Shown one piece after another: positions 39,169 through 52,926 of a stretch of 64,000 bases of DNA. This DNA is from Octopus vulgaris (lineage: Eukaryota). Below the pieces are notes generated by a model. That model saw nothing but the letters and a program-made list of their open reading frames with translations, was not told the origin of the DNA and ran no database searches. Positions within the stretch are counted from its first letter, which is position 1. Every line of letters begins with the position of its first letter. The translations under genes were made by a program, and so were the position numbers. The stretch lies in assembly GCA_951406725.2 (NCBI GenBank), contig OX597819.1:93868001-93932000 (forward strand), written 5' to 3'.

Positions 39169-39619
39169 TACCTTTCCCCTCTAACCCTTCTCATCATCAT
39201 ATCTTTTCATCTTGTGGAATGATTCTGTTCAGCCAAGGAAAACCAGCATCCAGAAGAGATGTGATACCAATGAACCAAATATTCTAAGAGCAAATGAAGA
39301 ACACAAAATATCGGTTGTCCTGCGAAGAACAAGATATCAATTACAATGTAGCATTATCACGTTGGTTTGGTTTGAGAATATTGCTTTGAACAAGCTGGGA
39401 AAGATATTTTTGTAAAGGAAGAATCTATTAAAACAAAATATAGGAAAGGAAAAAGAAAAAGGCAAGGTAGAAAAAAAAAGACGAGGAATAGAAATTTAAA
39501 CCATAGAAAAAGTAATGCTGGAAGAAAAAAATTGGTAAGATAGGAAAGTGGGAGGGGGAGGAGGGGAATGAGGAGGAGATAAAAGAGAAAGAGCAAAAGG
39601 AGGAGTAGGAGGAGGAAAA

Positions 39620-39960
39620 CAAGAAGGAGAAGAAAGAGAAGAAGAAGGAGGAGGAGGAGGAGAAGAAGAAGAAGAAGAAGAAGAAGAAGAAGAAGAAGAA
39701 GAAGAAGAAGAAGAAGAAGAGGAAGAAAATGATGGAAAAGAAGAAGAAGAAGCAGAAGAAGAAGTAAATGAGGGAAAAGAAGAAGAAGAAGAAGAAGAAG
39801 TAAATGAGGGAAAAGAAGAAGAAGAAGAAGAAGAAGAAGTAAATGAGGGAAAAGAAGAAGAAGAAGAAGAAGAAGAAGAAGAAGAAGAAGAAGAAGAAGA
39901 AGAAGAAGAAAATGATGGAAAAGAAGATGGAAAAAAAGAGAAGAAGAAGAAGAAGAAAAG
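39620..39960. repeat. (GAA)n polypurine array with recurring GTAAATGAGGGAAAA interruptions
   Basis: direct reading. Confidence 0.95.
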
Positions 39961-40568
39961 GAGACAGAGGCAGAGAGGAGTGAGGAGGGGAGGGCAGGAG
40001 GAGGAGGAGGGGAGAAGAAGAAAAATTAGATGTTGATAATGATAATTAAGATGAGGATGAAATTGTGGGAAGATGTTTTAACTTGATGTTTGGCTGTGGT
40101 TTCAAAGTTTAGCTGAGAAATCATCAGTTAACATGCATACTTAGTTACATAATTCAACTGATAGAGTGCCAACGTTTGTCCTGACCTCACTCTGTAACAT
40201 GGTGCCCTGAGAGTTGTATATGCTCTTGTGTGGCAGGTGGAACTTTGGGAATGGTATCTGGCGAGAAAATACTGCACTGAATACGTTCTGTTATTTTTTT
40301 TTTATCTTATTTTATTTTATCTTATCTTATGACTTTATCCGATTTCTCTACTGCTATACAAGATAAGATGAAGGCTGGGATAGAGAAACGATGGGCTGAT
40401 TGACAGTGCCTTGACACAGCCTGCTACACTTTCTATGTATTGCTGTGCAGGAATAAATATATTTCTATTTTTATGTGTATGTGTGTATGTGTCTGTGTGG
40501 AGATATGTATGTATCTCTCTTTCTCTCCCTCTCTCTCTCCCCCTCACTCTGTCTTTCTTTCTCTCTCT

Positions 40569-40604
<36 letters not shown>

Positions 40605-40880
40605 ATGTGTTGTGTGTAAGTGTGTGTGAGTGTGAAAGTTTACAATTTGAGCAAAAGTTGGTAGGTAGATTGATGGGTAGATGGATAAAGGGGTAGATAG
40701 ACTGATAGGTAGACAGGTGCAGAAGTGGCTGCATGGTAAGTAACTTGCTTACCAACCACATGGTTCTAGGTTCAGTCCCACTGTGTGACACCTTGGGCAA
40801 GTGTCTTCTACTATAGCCTCGGGCTGACCAAAGCCTTGTGAGTGGATTTAGTGGACGGAAACTGAAAGAAGCTCGTCATA

Positions 40881-40944
<64 letters not shown>

Positions 40945-41801
40945 TGGATGTATGTATGTGTGTGAATATGTTTGTGTGTCTGTGTTTGTTCCCCCAGCAT
41001 TGTTTGACAACTGATGCTGGGGGAACAAATTTAGCGGTTCGGCAAAAGAGACCGATAGAATAAGTACTAGGCTGACAGAGATTAAGTCCTGAGATCAATT
41101 TGCTCGACTAAAGGCGGTGCTCCTGCATGGCCGCAGTCAAATGACTGAAACAAATAAAAGAGTAAAAGAGTAGTTTGGTAAGTAGCTAGGTAGATTCATG
41201 GGTAAATTGAAAGATAGTTTCATAGTTAGGCAAGTAAACAGACAGACAGGCAGACAGACTGACAGACAGGCAGACAGAGAGATAGATAGATAGAGATGAC
41301 AGACAGATATGATAGCCGGACAGACATACGCACCAATAAGTAGACATATAGTAGATGAAACATGAAAACAAACAAAGCAATTGATAAAGTGCTTCAGAAA
41401 CAGAGAGAGACAGACAATGACTTAATGATCAGCTACATTAGTAGGAAATGCTTTTGTAGTTTTAGCTTTCTATAAGAATCAAAAGTAAATTCTACTGCAA
41501 GATTTCACTCCTTCAATTAATGCATCCTTCTGAGAGAGAGGGAGAGAAATGATTATGATGATGGTGGTGATGGTGATGATACTGTGAAGGATGTGGAAGA
41601 AAGTCAGCTATTTACTTCCCTCTGTGGGTGGCTTACAAACATTTCTTATTGAATTGAAAACAAAACATACATATGTGTGTGCATGTGTGTATTTGCGTGG
41701 GTTTGCATGTGAGTGTGTCTGTGTGTGTGCACATGCTTGTGTGTGTGGATATTTATATATATATATATATATCATCACCAGATGGATGCTAAATGATGAT
41801 A

Positions 41802-42040
<239 letters not shown>

Positions 42041-42707
42041 AATATGTGCATACATATCTGCATATATATGTGTCTTAGTGTATGTGTGTGTGTATGTGAG
42101 TGTGTATGTATATAATGTGCACACATATATATATATATATATATAAATATATGGTGTAGGTGGTGGTGATGGTGTACACAGCGGTGAGGGTCAGCATTGT
42201 GATGGAAAGCACGCAGATCCTGATGATAATAGAACAATAATGATATCCTAATAATAGTGGTGATAAAAACAATAGCACATCAATTAGATGATATCTCATA
42301 TATCTCTCACAATGTCAAAAATAATCACTTGCGATATGGATAAAGAGAAGGAATGAGAATAAAGATCTGATTGATGATACCATCACTCCGGATGTCAGCA
42401 ATAATAATTATAACAGCGAGGAAGAGGACGATTACAGTAGCATTTCATTATGACTAGTTTTTTTTTTTTTTTTTGTTTTTTCGTTATTCCACAATGCCTC
42501 TAAAGTAGAGATGTTAACTAGATGGAAGAAAATATGGATGGGGGTGGTGTGAGAGAAAATGAAAAGAAAGCAAATCAAATGTGTTTAGTCTTTATATAGA
42601 ATAAAATTTTTTATTTCTCTTGTATGTCTGATGTTTGTCTCTTAGTGAGTAAAACACTAATTATTATTTACTTATCACTATTATTATCATTATAATCCTT
42701 ATTATTA

Positions 42708-42765
<58 letters not shown>

Positions 42766-42992
42766 CATTATGATTATTATTATCCTCATCATGATCGTTA
42801 TCATCATTACCATTGTTATTGTTGTTGCTTTTATTATTATTGTTCTTGTTGCTAGTATTGTTACCATTACCAAACTTTTAAAATGTTCATTGAATAACGT
42901 CCTTATACCTCCCCCCATTTATACATAACTTTGTTTTGTCAGTCTCTATACATTTGTAACCACTATGTCTGTATTTTACCTATTGAAATTAC

Positions 42993-43043
<51 letters not shown>

Positions 43044-43253
43044 CATTATTATTATTAAGGCAATGAGATGGCAGAATTGTTAACACACCGGGCAAAGTTC
43101 TTAGTGCCATTCTGAGTTCAAATTCTACCAGGGTTCACTTTACCTTTCATCCTTTCAGGGTCAATAAAATAAGTACCAGTTGAACACTGAGGTCGATGTA
43201 ATCGATTTCACCCCTTCCCTGAAATTTCAGACTTTATGTCTATAGTAGAAAGA

Positions 43254-43291
<38 letters not shown>

Positions 43292-43302
43292 CATCATCAT
43301 CA

Positions 43303-43774
43303 TTGAGTAAGAGAGGAGTGCATGCCATCAATGTGACACTGGGGTAAAATATATGAAGCCCAGTATACCCATCATGACTACCCGTCTGATAAGGGTACAC
43401 TGGGCACATTCATCACAACCATATGAGCACGACATGGTGATCTCATATCAAGATAAACAGCACATGACCTTGCACATGACCCAGTTAGAATTTTCTTCTG
43501 GTCGAGTAACCCATCCTGCTCAAAAGGTCCCTGAATAAGGGTTGTTTAAGGATGTTGAATGAAACACCCATGTTTCCAGAGGTGAATTATTCAAACCCCA
43601 AAGAATCTCTCTCAACACATGGTTATGATGCTTCCCCACTACTTCTGCTCATGATCAGAGATGCACATATCGTCAGCCACTAAGGGACATGCTCAACTGG
43701 TTATGGTCAAACAACTGACAAGCAAATCTGTGGTATTGAGCAGAATATTTGCTGTAGCCCATCTTATATACCAA

Positions 43775-43775
<1 letters not shown>
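43303..43775 (-). mobile_element. ~470-bp non-coding element inserted in a (TAA)n tract
   Basis: higher-GC block bounded on both sides by (TTA)n; no convincing ORF. Confidence 0.5.
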
Positions 43776-43833
<58 letters not shown>

Positions 43834-44505
43834 GGTGGTGAGTTGGCAAAATCATTAGCATGCCAAGCAAAATGCTTAGCAGCATTTCATCTCTCTATGT
43901 TCTGAGTTAAAATTCTGCTGAGGGTGATAAAATGAGTACTAGTTGAACACTGGGCTTGAAGTAATTGACTTACACCCTCCACAATATTGCTGGACTTGTA
44001 CCAAATTTTGATGCCAATATTTGGCAAACTTAGGCTATGAATTAGCAGAATTATTACCGCATCAGAAAAATGGTAAGCAACATTCTCCTGGCTCTTTACT
44101 TTCTAAACTCAAATTCTTAGAGTGAATTAGTCATCCTTCAAGAATCAGTAAAATAAAGAATCTGTCTTGTACAGGAGGCAGTGATATTGACTAACTCCCC
44201 ACTTAGGATGGTGGAACTGCAGCACTAAGCAGGAAATACAAACAATGGTCACAACCACATGCATGTCCCAAGATTTCAATACAACCATACTGTATGTGAT
44301 ATGTTGGGGGAATGTGGAGGCGCAATGGCCCAGTGATTAAGGCAGTGGACTCGCAGTCGTAAGAACGTGGCTTTGATTCCCAGACTAGGTATTGTGAGTG
44401 TTTATTGAGCAAAAGCACCTAAGCTCCATGAGGCTCTGGTGGGGGTGGATGAACCCCGCTGTACTCTTTCAACACAACTTTCTCTCACTCTTTCTTCCTA
44501 CTTTA

Positions 44506-44624
44506 ATTTACGGCCATATCACTTTGAAAACACCAGTTCTCGTCCAATCACTAGAATTAAGCAAAGTCGAGCCTAGTTAGTACTTAGATGGGTGACCGCT
44601 TGGGAAACCTAGGTGCTGTAAACA
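44506..44624 (+). pseudogene. 5S rRNA: 5S rRNA copy (dispersed pseudogene) between two SINE pieces
   Basis: TTTACGGCCATATCACTTTGAAAACACCAGTTCTCGTCCAATCACTAGAATTAAGCAAAGTCGAGCCTAGTTAGTACTTAGATGGGTGACCGCTTGGGAAACCTAGGTGCTGTAAAC. Confidence 0.9.
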
Positions 44625-46689
44625 TCTTTCTGTGAAGGTGCATGGCTCAGTGGTTAGAGAAATGAATTGCGATGTCACAGGTGCCAAGCTGTATCGGCCG
44701 TTACCTTTCCCTTGGATAACACTATCGGCATGGAGAAGGGAAGCTGGTATGCATGGGCAACTGCTGGTCTTCCATAAACAACCTTGCCCGGACTTGTGCC
44801 TGGGAGGGTAACTTTCTAGGTGCAATCCCATGGTCTTTGTTGCGACTGAAGGGGGTCTCAATGTTGGGTGAATGAAGTCAATTTCCCCAATTTGCTGCCT
44901 CACAGGACCTGGTTAGTGTGATGGAAATAGTGGAAGCATCAGTCAAATAATAGGACTCCAGTTTACCTCAGCAGAGCTTAAGTGATATGTTTGTGTTAAA
45001 ACAGACCACCTCAATATGTGGAGAAGACAAGGCAGAGTGCCACCTCTTCTCTGCTGCTACAAACATCCTGATTGCAGTCTCAGCAGCGACTCCAATAACA
45101 ACACAATAACTTCTGCTGTAATTATAAAGACAGACAGAATGGACTAAACAGAATATAATGAAATACATCATGAATAATTCTTGCTGAGACCAAAAATAAG
45201 AAGAAACACCTAAATCTACAGGCATAGCAACCCTTTCCCCAATCCCTCAAATAAGGAAGATACCAAGGATGACCAGAAAGTGTTCAAAATAGCCTAACGG
45301 TGCAAGCAACAAAGATGAGTAGATCAGAGTAAATGATTTAACCCACCACTACCAAAAAAATGTGCATAGGTTTGGCAGCATCAAAACAAACAAAAACCGA
45401 AATAACAAAATACACAAGTCAACCAATTGGTCAAAAAAAAAAAAATGCCTACTAAAGCAATAATGAACCAAACAAGAAGCAAATTACTATGACTGTGGTC
45501 TTCTCTAGACATGTTTGTTATGGATGTAACAACTGTCTACTACAACTGGTAGCAGACTTGAGTTATTTCCATTCAGTGAGCCAGGGAGTAATAATGATTT
45601 CAAATTTTGGCACAAGGCCAGCAATTTTGGAAGAGGAGATAAGTTGATATCATTGACCCCAGCATTCAACTGGGTACTTATTTCATCAACCACAAAAGGA
45701 TGAAAGGCAAAATCGACCTCAGTGGAATTTGAACTCATGGATGAATATAAATGCTGCTAAACATTTTGTCCAGTGTGGTAACGATTCTGCCAGTTCACCA
45801 CCTTAAGCCAGAGAGTATTATTGCCAATGTAAAAAGGTCCAAACATTGCCACTTTTTGGGTGGGTATGCAGATCTGCATTATGGAGTGTCTTATTTCTAG
45901 TGTTTTTACTTTATTGAATATCGCAGTTTCGATTCCCAGACCGGGCATTGTAAGTGTATATTGAGTGAAAACACCTAAAGCTCCACGAGGCTCCAGCAGG
46001 GGGTGGTGGCGATCCCTGCTGTACTCTTTCGCTGCAACTTTCTCTCACTCTTTCATTTGTTAGCCTGCTCACTTAGCCAGCAGGGTGGTGCCATTTGAAA
46101 GCTAAAACTATGTGAAGTGCATTGTGACCAGCGATGTGTAGCAACATCTGATAGCCTGGTCAGTCACGGTGACAGTGACTTTATTGAATATATACAATGT
46201 GAGTTGTGTTTTGATGGCTGTGAATTGTTGTTTTATATGTTCTGTGTGACAGGTGTTATGTGTTTCACTGTTGGATTTGTATGAATTATTTACATTGTAT
46301 TTTGGGTGTGGTTATGTTGGTGTTTGTATTGTGTATTGATGAGAAAAAGTATGTACAGATTTTGTTTCATTGAGGGGCTATTGCACTATCCGAGTTGTAC
46401 ACTTGAATTTAAAGTACCTTATATAAAACGTAGGTAGAGGCACATGGCTTAGTGGTTAGGGTGTCAGCATCATGATTATAAGATTGTGGTTTCGATTCCT
46501 GGACCAGGTGACGTGTTGTGTTCTTGAGCAAAACACTTCATATCACATTGCTCCAGTCCACTCAGCTGGCAAAACTCAGTAACGCTGTGAAGGACTGATG
46601 TCCCGTCCAACTGGGGAACACATACACCATTGAAACCAAGAAACCATGCCTATGAGCCTGGCTAGACTTTAAAAGGGCGCATTTATTTA

Positions 46690-49600
46690 TATATAAAATG
46701 TGGCCCACACTTAGTAAGGTTATCTTTTTGACTGCGTGTAATGAAATGAACCCTGGTATAGTCTGAAATTTTTTATACAATTCATTTATTTTTATCTCCT
46801 CAAGTGTTTCAGTTATTGGTAATGATTTTAATTCCATGCCCCCGACATTCTACTTATTTCAAGATCTTTGTATTTTGACAGTTTCTCCACCTCTTTTTAG
46901 GCAATGCTTTTGTCAGAAAAGTTCAAGGTGTCTATCTGAACACAGACATTTTTGCTCCAGTTTATAACTCCCTGAATAGTTTGCTATGATCTATAAGGCA
47001 GTAATGAAATGCATGTTGCAGATGATAACAGCCATGTTGTTGTCATGTATTGTTTTTGCTTCATATTTGCATGTGAAATATTGGCATATTGCCCAGCTGC
47101 CAGTTCAATCTTGTCTATGAATATATTTGGACTTGGCAAGGACTGGGTAGCTGGAAATGATGGGGTCAATTGTCTCATTGTATTGGTTGCATAACCTGCA
47201 TTTGATTTTAGCATTTTTTTCATTATTTTATTTTTGTAGTATAGTTGTTTGTTGTTAGGCACTGCTCTTCTACAACTAAGATCAGACCTTCTGTTTCTCT
47301 TTTTAGCTTACTTGGTTTATTTCTCTTACCAGTTTTGATGGGTATTGCCCATGGAGTGGTTTTTCTCACCAATTATTCTTCAGTATATTTTCAAATACCA
47401 TTTTGATTTTGCCCTCTGTTTACTTATTTTTTGTTGTTTTTTTTTATAATTTGTTTTCTTTCTACTTATCTAAAGCTTGTCTTTAGTGTAGTTAGTTTTC
47501 AGTTTGTACTCTGTTTCCTTATATAGATAGAAATATTTTTATTCATGTTTCCCTATTAAGCTATTCGTTTTCCCATTGTTTACTACAAAATTTTTCTTCT
47601 CCATTCACTGTTGTTATTTTGTCATAGTTTTCTATTCAAATAATATCCCACTCTCTTTGTGTGCAGGCAGGTATAGTCAATCTGTATCAGAATGCTATTG
47701 ATAGTTTACTGATTTTTCTGTTTAAGCTATTCAGTCAATTTAACTTCTGGTTTACATTATTTAAGTAATAATTTATAACTGACATGGTTACCATTGAGTT
47801 CAATTTTCTATACAAGTTTGACTCTTCAACAATATTCTATTCTAATTTTTCTCCTTCATTTTTGTGTTATTTATTTTATGTTTCATCTATTCCCAAATAC
47901 TTTTATATATAATTCTAGTTTAATTCTTTGATTTTGGTATCTATATTTAACTTAATGTTCTCACTTTCAGTTAATTTGCTTCTTATTGTAGCTTTGACAC
48001 ATTTGTATAATCTCTTACTTTTATGTCTTCACTGAATTTATGAACAATTTTTACTGGATTCCCAACTGGATATCATTTCTTGTAAATATTTTGAAGTCAT
48101 CCATATAGAAGGGATATGTTTATAGTTCGCTCATAGTGTCTATAGCCAGAGAAGGTTTCATTCAACAGATTTGTTAATGGAGCCAGAGCTTTGAAAAAGA
48201 CTAGAAGGAAGAACGAGTCTCTTTGGAATATTTCTCTTCTTATAGATACAGGACTGATTTTAATTACCTTCTTTCTGCCTTGTAGTTATATAGTTTTCCA
48301 TTTTGACATATAAGGAATACTGTCGCTTGGGTGTGCTTTATTTCTTGGCATAGGTGCAAGCATGAAGAAGCTTGTCATGTAGTTAAGTTTCAGTATCAGT
48401 GTGTAACACTTTGGGCATGTGTCTTCTGTTATAGTCCTGGGTCAACCAATACCTTGTGAGTGAATTTGATCGATGGAAACTGTCTGGAATCCCTTTGTAT
48501 ATATACGTGTGTGTTTTTGTGCTTGTGTTTGTTTCCCACACTGCTTGACAACTGGTGCTGATCAGTTCATATCCCCATAACTTAGTAGCTTAGCAAAAGA
48601 GACCAATAGAAAAAGTACCAGACTTTTAAAAAAATATAAGTACTGGGGTTGATCTACTTGATTAAAATGCTTCAAGGCAGTGCTCCAGTATGTCCACAGC
48701 CCAATGAATGACACATGTAAAAGATAAATTATATTCAAGAAAGTGATTCAGGCAATGCTAAGGTTTGTTTCCCTATTTTTGCAGTGTTCTGTAGTAGCTT
48801 AGTTCCCCAGCATGTATGTCTGCTCTTTGCAGACATACATATCTTTCCAGCATCCTGTCTGCCTCACTTGTAATATGTCACTGCTTTAAGGTGGCAAGCT
48901 AGCAGAAATGTTAGCATGTCAGGTGGAATGCTTAATAGTATTTCGTCTGCCGCTACGTTCTGAGTTCTAATTCCACCGAGGTCGACTTTGCCTTTCATCC
49001 TTTCGGGGTCGATCAAATAAGTACCAGTTACGCACTGGGGTTGATATAATCGACTTAACGTTTGTCTGTCCTTGTTTCTCCTCTCTGTGTTTAGCTCCTT
49101 GTGGGTAGTAAAGAAATAGGTATTTCGTCTGTCTTTAAGTTCTGAGTTCAAATTCTGTCAAGGTCGACTTTGCCTTCCATCCTTTCAAGGTTGATAAATT
49201 AAGTACCAGTTGTGTGCTGGAATCGATCTAATTTTGGGCCTTGTGCCTAGAGTAGAGAAGAACATGTCACTGCTTTTCAAGTCTTGAGTGTCTCTAGTAT
49301 TTTGTTTTGAAGAATTAACATTTTAATTTTTAGTAGCTATTTAGATGTAACATACTTTCAGTCTGCTTACCAGTTTATTGAACACTGTCTCTATAAAGCT
49401 ATGAGTACTTATCAGGTGCCTCAGCCAGAAAGGGGTGGAGGCTTGTCTATCTTAGAGGTTTTCACTTGTTGGTAGTTCTTAATGTGTTGGTGAATTACTT
49501 ACTGGTAATAGTAGGACATACTTGCAATATTATTATATACCAATATATTTTTCTCTTCAATTCTAATACATCATGCTTTTTTCATGCTGAGTGTTTTTGT

Positions 49601-50750
49601 TCCATATTCCTTCCCAGTATTTTCATTTTGAAAATGTTCTTGTGAGATCTTTTTGTTTTTGATTCAAATACATTTGCAGCACGGAAGGCGTTTATAAGCC
49701 ATTTAAGAAACACACAGAAACCGTTAGATTCACTTCAACATTTAAATTTAATTTGCCAAAATATTTTCATTGCTTTGAAACCGCGACCTGTTCACTGAGA
49801 AATACATTGTTCTCCTAGAAGTGTTCATGTTTCTTAAGACATCTAATTCTTCATGTTTGAGCTGATAAGATTTATTTATGTGTTGCTAATACCCTTTTTG
49901 TTATTTTAGGTTGTTTTTATCTTTTTCATATCAGATCCCTTGCTTTCCAATTCGCTAAAGCAGGCCCTTTCTTCCATTCTTTTCTTTTACTTAATGCTAC
50001 ATAGCATATTTTCTTACTATTTTTAAGGAAGCGGGCTTGATTGAGGATCTCACTCTATTCAGAACAAGTCCAATTTCCCCTCAATGTTATCACTACTACT
50101 GGACAGAACTGCTCATTCAGTCTGTTAGTATCTGTGTAGTTTGTTTCCATCAGCAGAATTTCTTGAAGTGCAATGTTACATTTATTAATTCTTTCATAAA
50201 GCTACTTAATATGTATAGTTTGGGCAGGTGTTTACATTGATACCTGTTAATCAATTTAATTACATTCTCTTCTATCTTCTATATTGTTCCTGTTAGGTCC
50301 TCCTCTATGTTAACTTCGTTTATTTTATTGTTATGTATTATGTGTTGAATAAGTAGTATACTTTTCTTGTAGCCATGTATTTAACTGAACACTTGCATAG
50401 GAAATATCTATGGTCACCATCATCATTTCGGATTTTAGCTTTTTTTATGTCTGTTTTGGTTTACTACATTACATTGTTTATTTTTTGCATGATAGGTATT
50501 TTCACTATTTTGGGGTCTCATATATTGTATGAGTGAAAGTTTGTAAAAAAACTGGTTCTGTTGTGATGCTTTCATTGGTTTGTGGTAAATCATGTGTAAT
50601 CAATTTCATTTGTTTTCTCATTGTGTATTCATGTATCATGTCTACAAGTTTTTTTCTATTCCAATTTTTGATATTTTGATATTCTTTATTGCAAGTTTCC
50701 ATACACTTGTGTGTTTGCATTTATATCTTTCTCCACTTCATCCCCTCCCC
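46690..50750 (-). mobile_element. decayed R4/Dong-like non-LTR retrotransposon (RT, zinc knuckle, restriction-like endonuclease), interrupted by SINEs; 5' limit uncertain
   Basis: minus-strand remnants RREIFQRDSF (about 48230), FYMDDFKIF (about 48100), KRETEGLIL..EEQCL (about 47290), KCRLCNQYNETID..IS..PVLAKSKYIHR (about 47170), EKLSKYKDLEI (about 46870), IPG...KKITLLSVGHIL (about 46720). Confidence 0.8.
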
Positions 50751-51741
50751 TCAGTCCATGTATCATATTTATAGTGCTTGGATAAATATAGTATTATTTG
50801 GTCTAATTTTCTCTTTTAAATTTGTATTTATTTTGGATGCTAGCAGAATGTGATGGTCCTTCTTTCTGTTCTGAGCTAACCTTTTGAGAAGATACTATTG
50901 CTAAAAACCAGTGTCACTTAACTTTCATACCAAGCTTATACTATGAAATTAATCAGTAGTGTTTTGTTACGGACTAATTTATCCAAGGACATTGTTTGCT
51001 TTTAAATAGCATAGGTTTTGTTTTAAGCTTGTTTCATTTCTTTTCATCTGCATTCGAAAATTATTTTTATTTTGGTTCATTTGTTCCTTATTTTCACACA
51101 TGTATTTTGTTCAAAGAAAAGTATAAATTGTACATAATAATCACAGGTAACATATATATATCACATGATCATGTGACTGACCAGGCTATCCGATGTTGTT
51201 ACACATCGCTGGCCACAAAACACTTTGTTTTAACTTTTGACCACCCCCATTGGCTAGGTGATCAAGCTAACATTCCCCACTGATCAAAAGTGGGAGTGGA
51301 GCAACGTGAAATGAACTGTTTTGCTTTAAGAACACAACACACCACCCAGTCTGAGAATTGAACCTATGATCTAGCAATCATGGCCAAGTGATTAGTCTGT
51401 GCAACAGCCTAATCACTAGGCCACGTGCCTTCACATGTAACAGATGTAATAAATAACTGATGGTAATCTTGATGAAGCCATATGTTTTCAAAACATCTAT
51501 GGCTTCAAGTACAAAACAAAAGTAATGTAACATATGAAACAAAATTGAGTTGAGAGGAATACACAAATAACAAATTACTTTCCGAAACAAGGAATTAGAG
51601 TTTTATGGTACTATTTTCATAGATCTTGATGTTGCCACCACTTTTTTTTTATATTTCATTCTATGTAATTAATATCATCATATGAAAGAAAATTTTGGTG
51701 CATTTTCAACTATATCTCAGTATTTTTCCCATATATGTGTG

Positions 51742-51811
<70 letters not shown>

Positions 51812-52926
51812 ATCTGACCCCACCACTGTCTGACAACTTGTGTTGGTTTGTTTATGTTCCTGTAGCTCAGTGGTTTGGCAAAACAGATTGATAGTACAAG
51901 TACCAGACTTTTAAAAGAATAAGTATTATTGGGGGTCAATTTATTCAACTAAAACTCCTCAAGGCAGTGCCCCAGCATGGCCACAGTCGAATGACTTACA
52001 CAAATAAGAGATCTAATTCTAATGATATGCTCATTAGTATAGGAAATTAAAACTGATTACAGATAATCCTTTCTAACTTTGTTACTAGGACTGCAATTTT
52101 GAGAGGAGGGGCAAGTCGATCACATTGACCCCAATATTTGACTGGTATTTATTTTATCGACCCCAAACAGATGAAAGTCAAAGTTCTCGACAGCATTTGA
52201 AATGAGAATGTGAAGAGCCAGAAAAATGCCACTAAACAGTGACAATTCTGCCAGCTCAAGGCTTTAAACTAATTACAGATATTAAGGATTAACATAGAAG
52301 CTTGAGACATGATAAACAATGCGGAAAAGAAAACTGTGACATGTCATAACGAGAACCTTATGTCATAACATTCTTTTGTTGTTGATTTCTTGAGGAAAAT
52401 TTGGGACTCTTTAAATTGTGTTGTATCATTATAGATGTAAATTTAACATTGCATGGGGTTACACAATGTTCTAGGAAATAATGTCTGACTAATCACAGTC
52501 TCATTGGATAGTATTAGTTTAAACTGTGTGAAAAACTTTGGCATTATGCCTAAAGGCAAAAATAAATGTAATAGTTTTACTTCATGGTCAAATGACTGGC
52601 ATCAGCACAGAAGATGATGATAAAACAGACAAAAATTATGCTAAACTCTGGTTGCATATATAGTTCTTGTAGTTCAAAAATAACATTAGCTATATTAATC
52701 CTACTTAAACCTCTTCATCCAGGAATTTAAGTGTAACTAACCCTTCTTCAATGAAAAATAAAGAATATAAAAAAAACTCCAAAAATTGTGTTCTAAAAAT
52801 AAACTATAAAAGGAAAGGTTTTTAGTAGAAATTATTTTAAGTAAAACAAATCTAACAAACGTTAATTTTTGATTGAAATTTAAAAATTTTTTAGATTTTA
52901 ATTATTTACATTTTTTTTTCTTTCAG

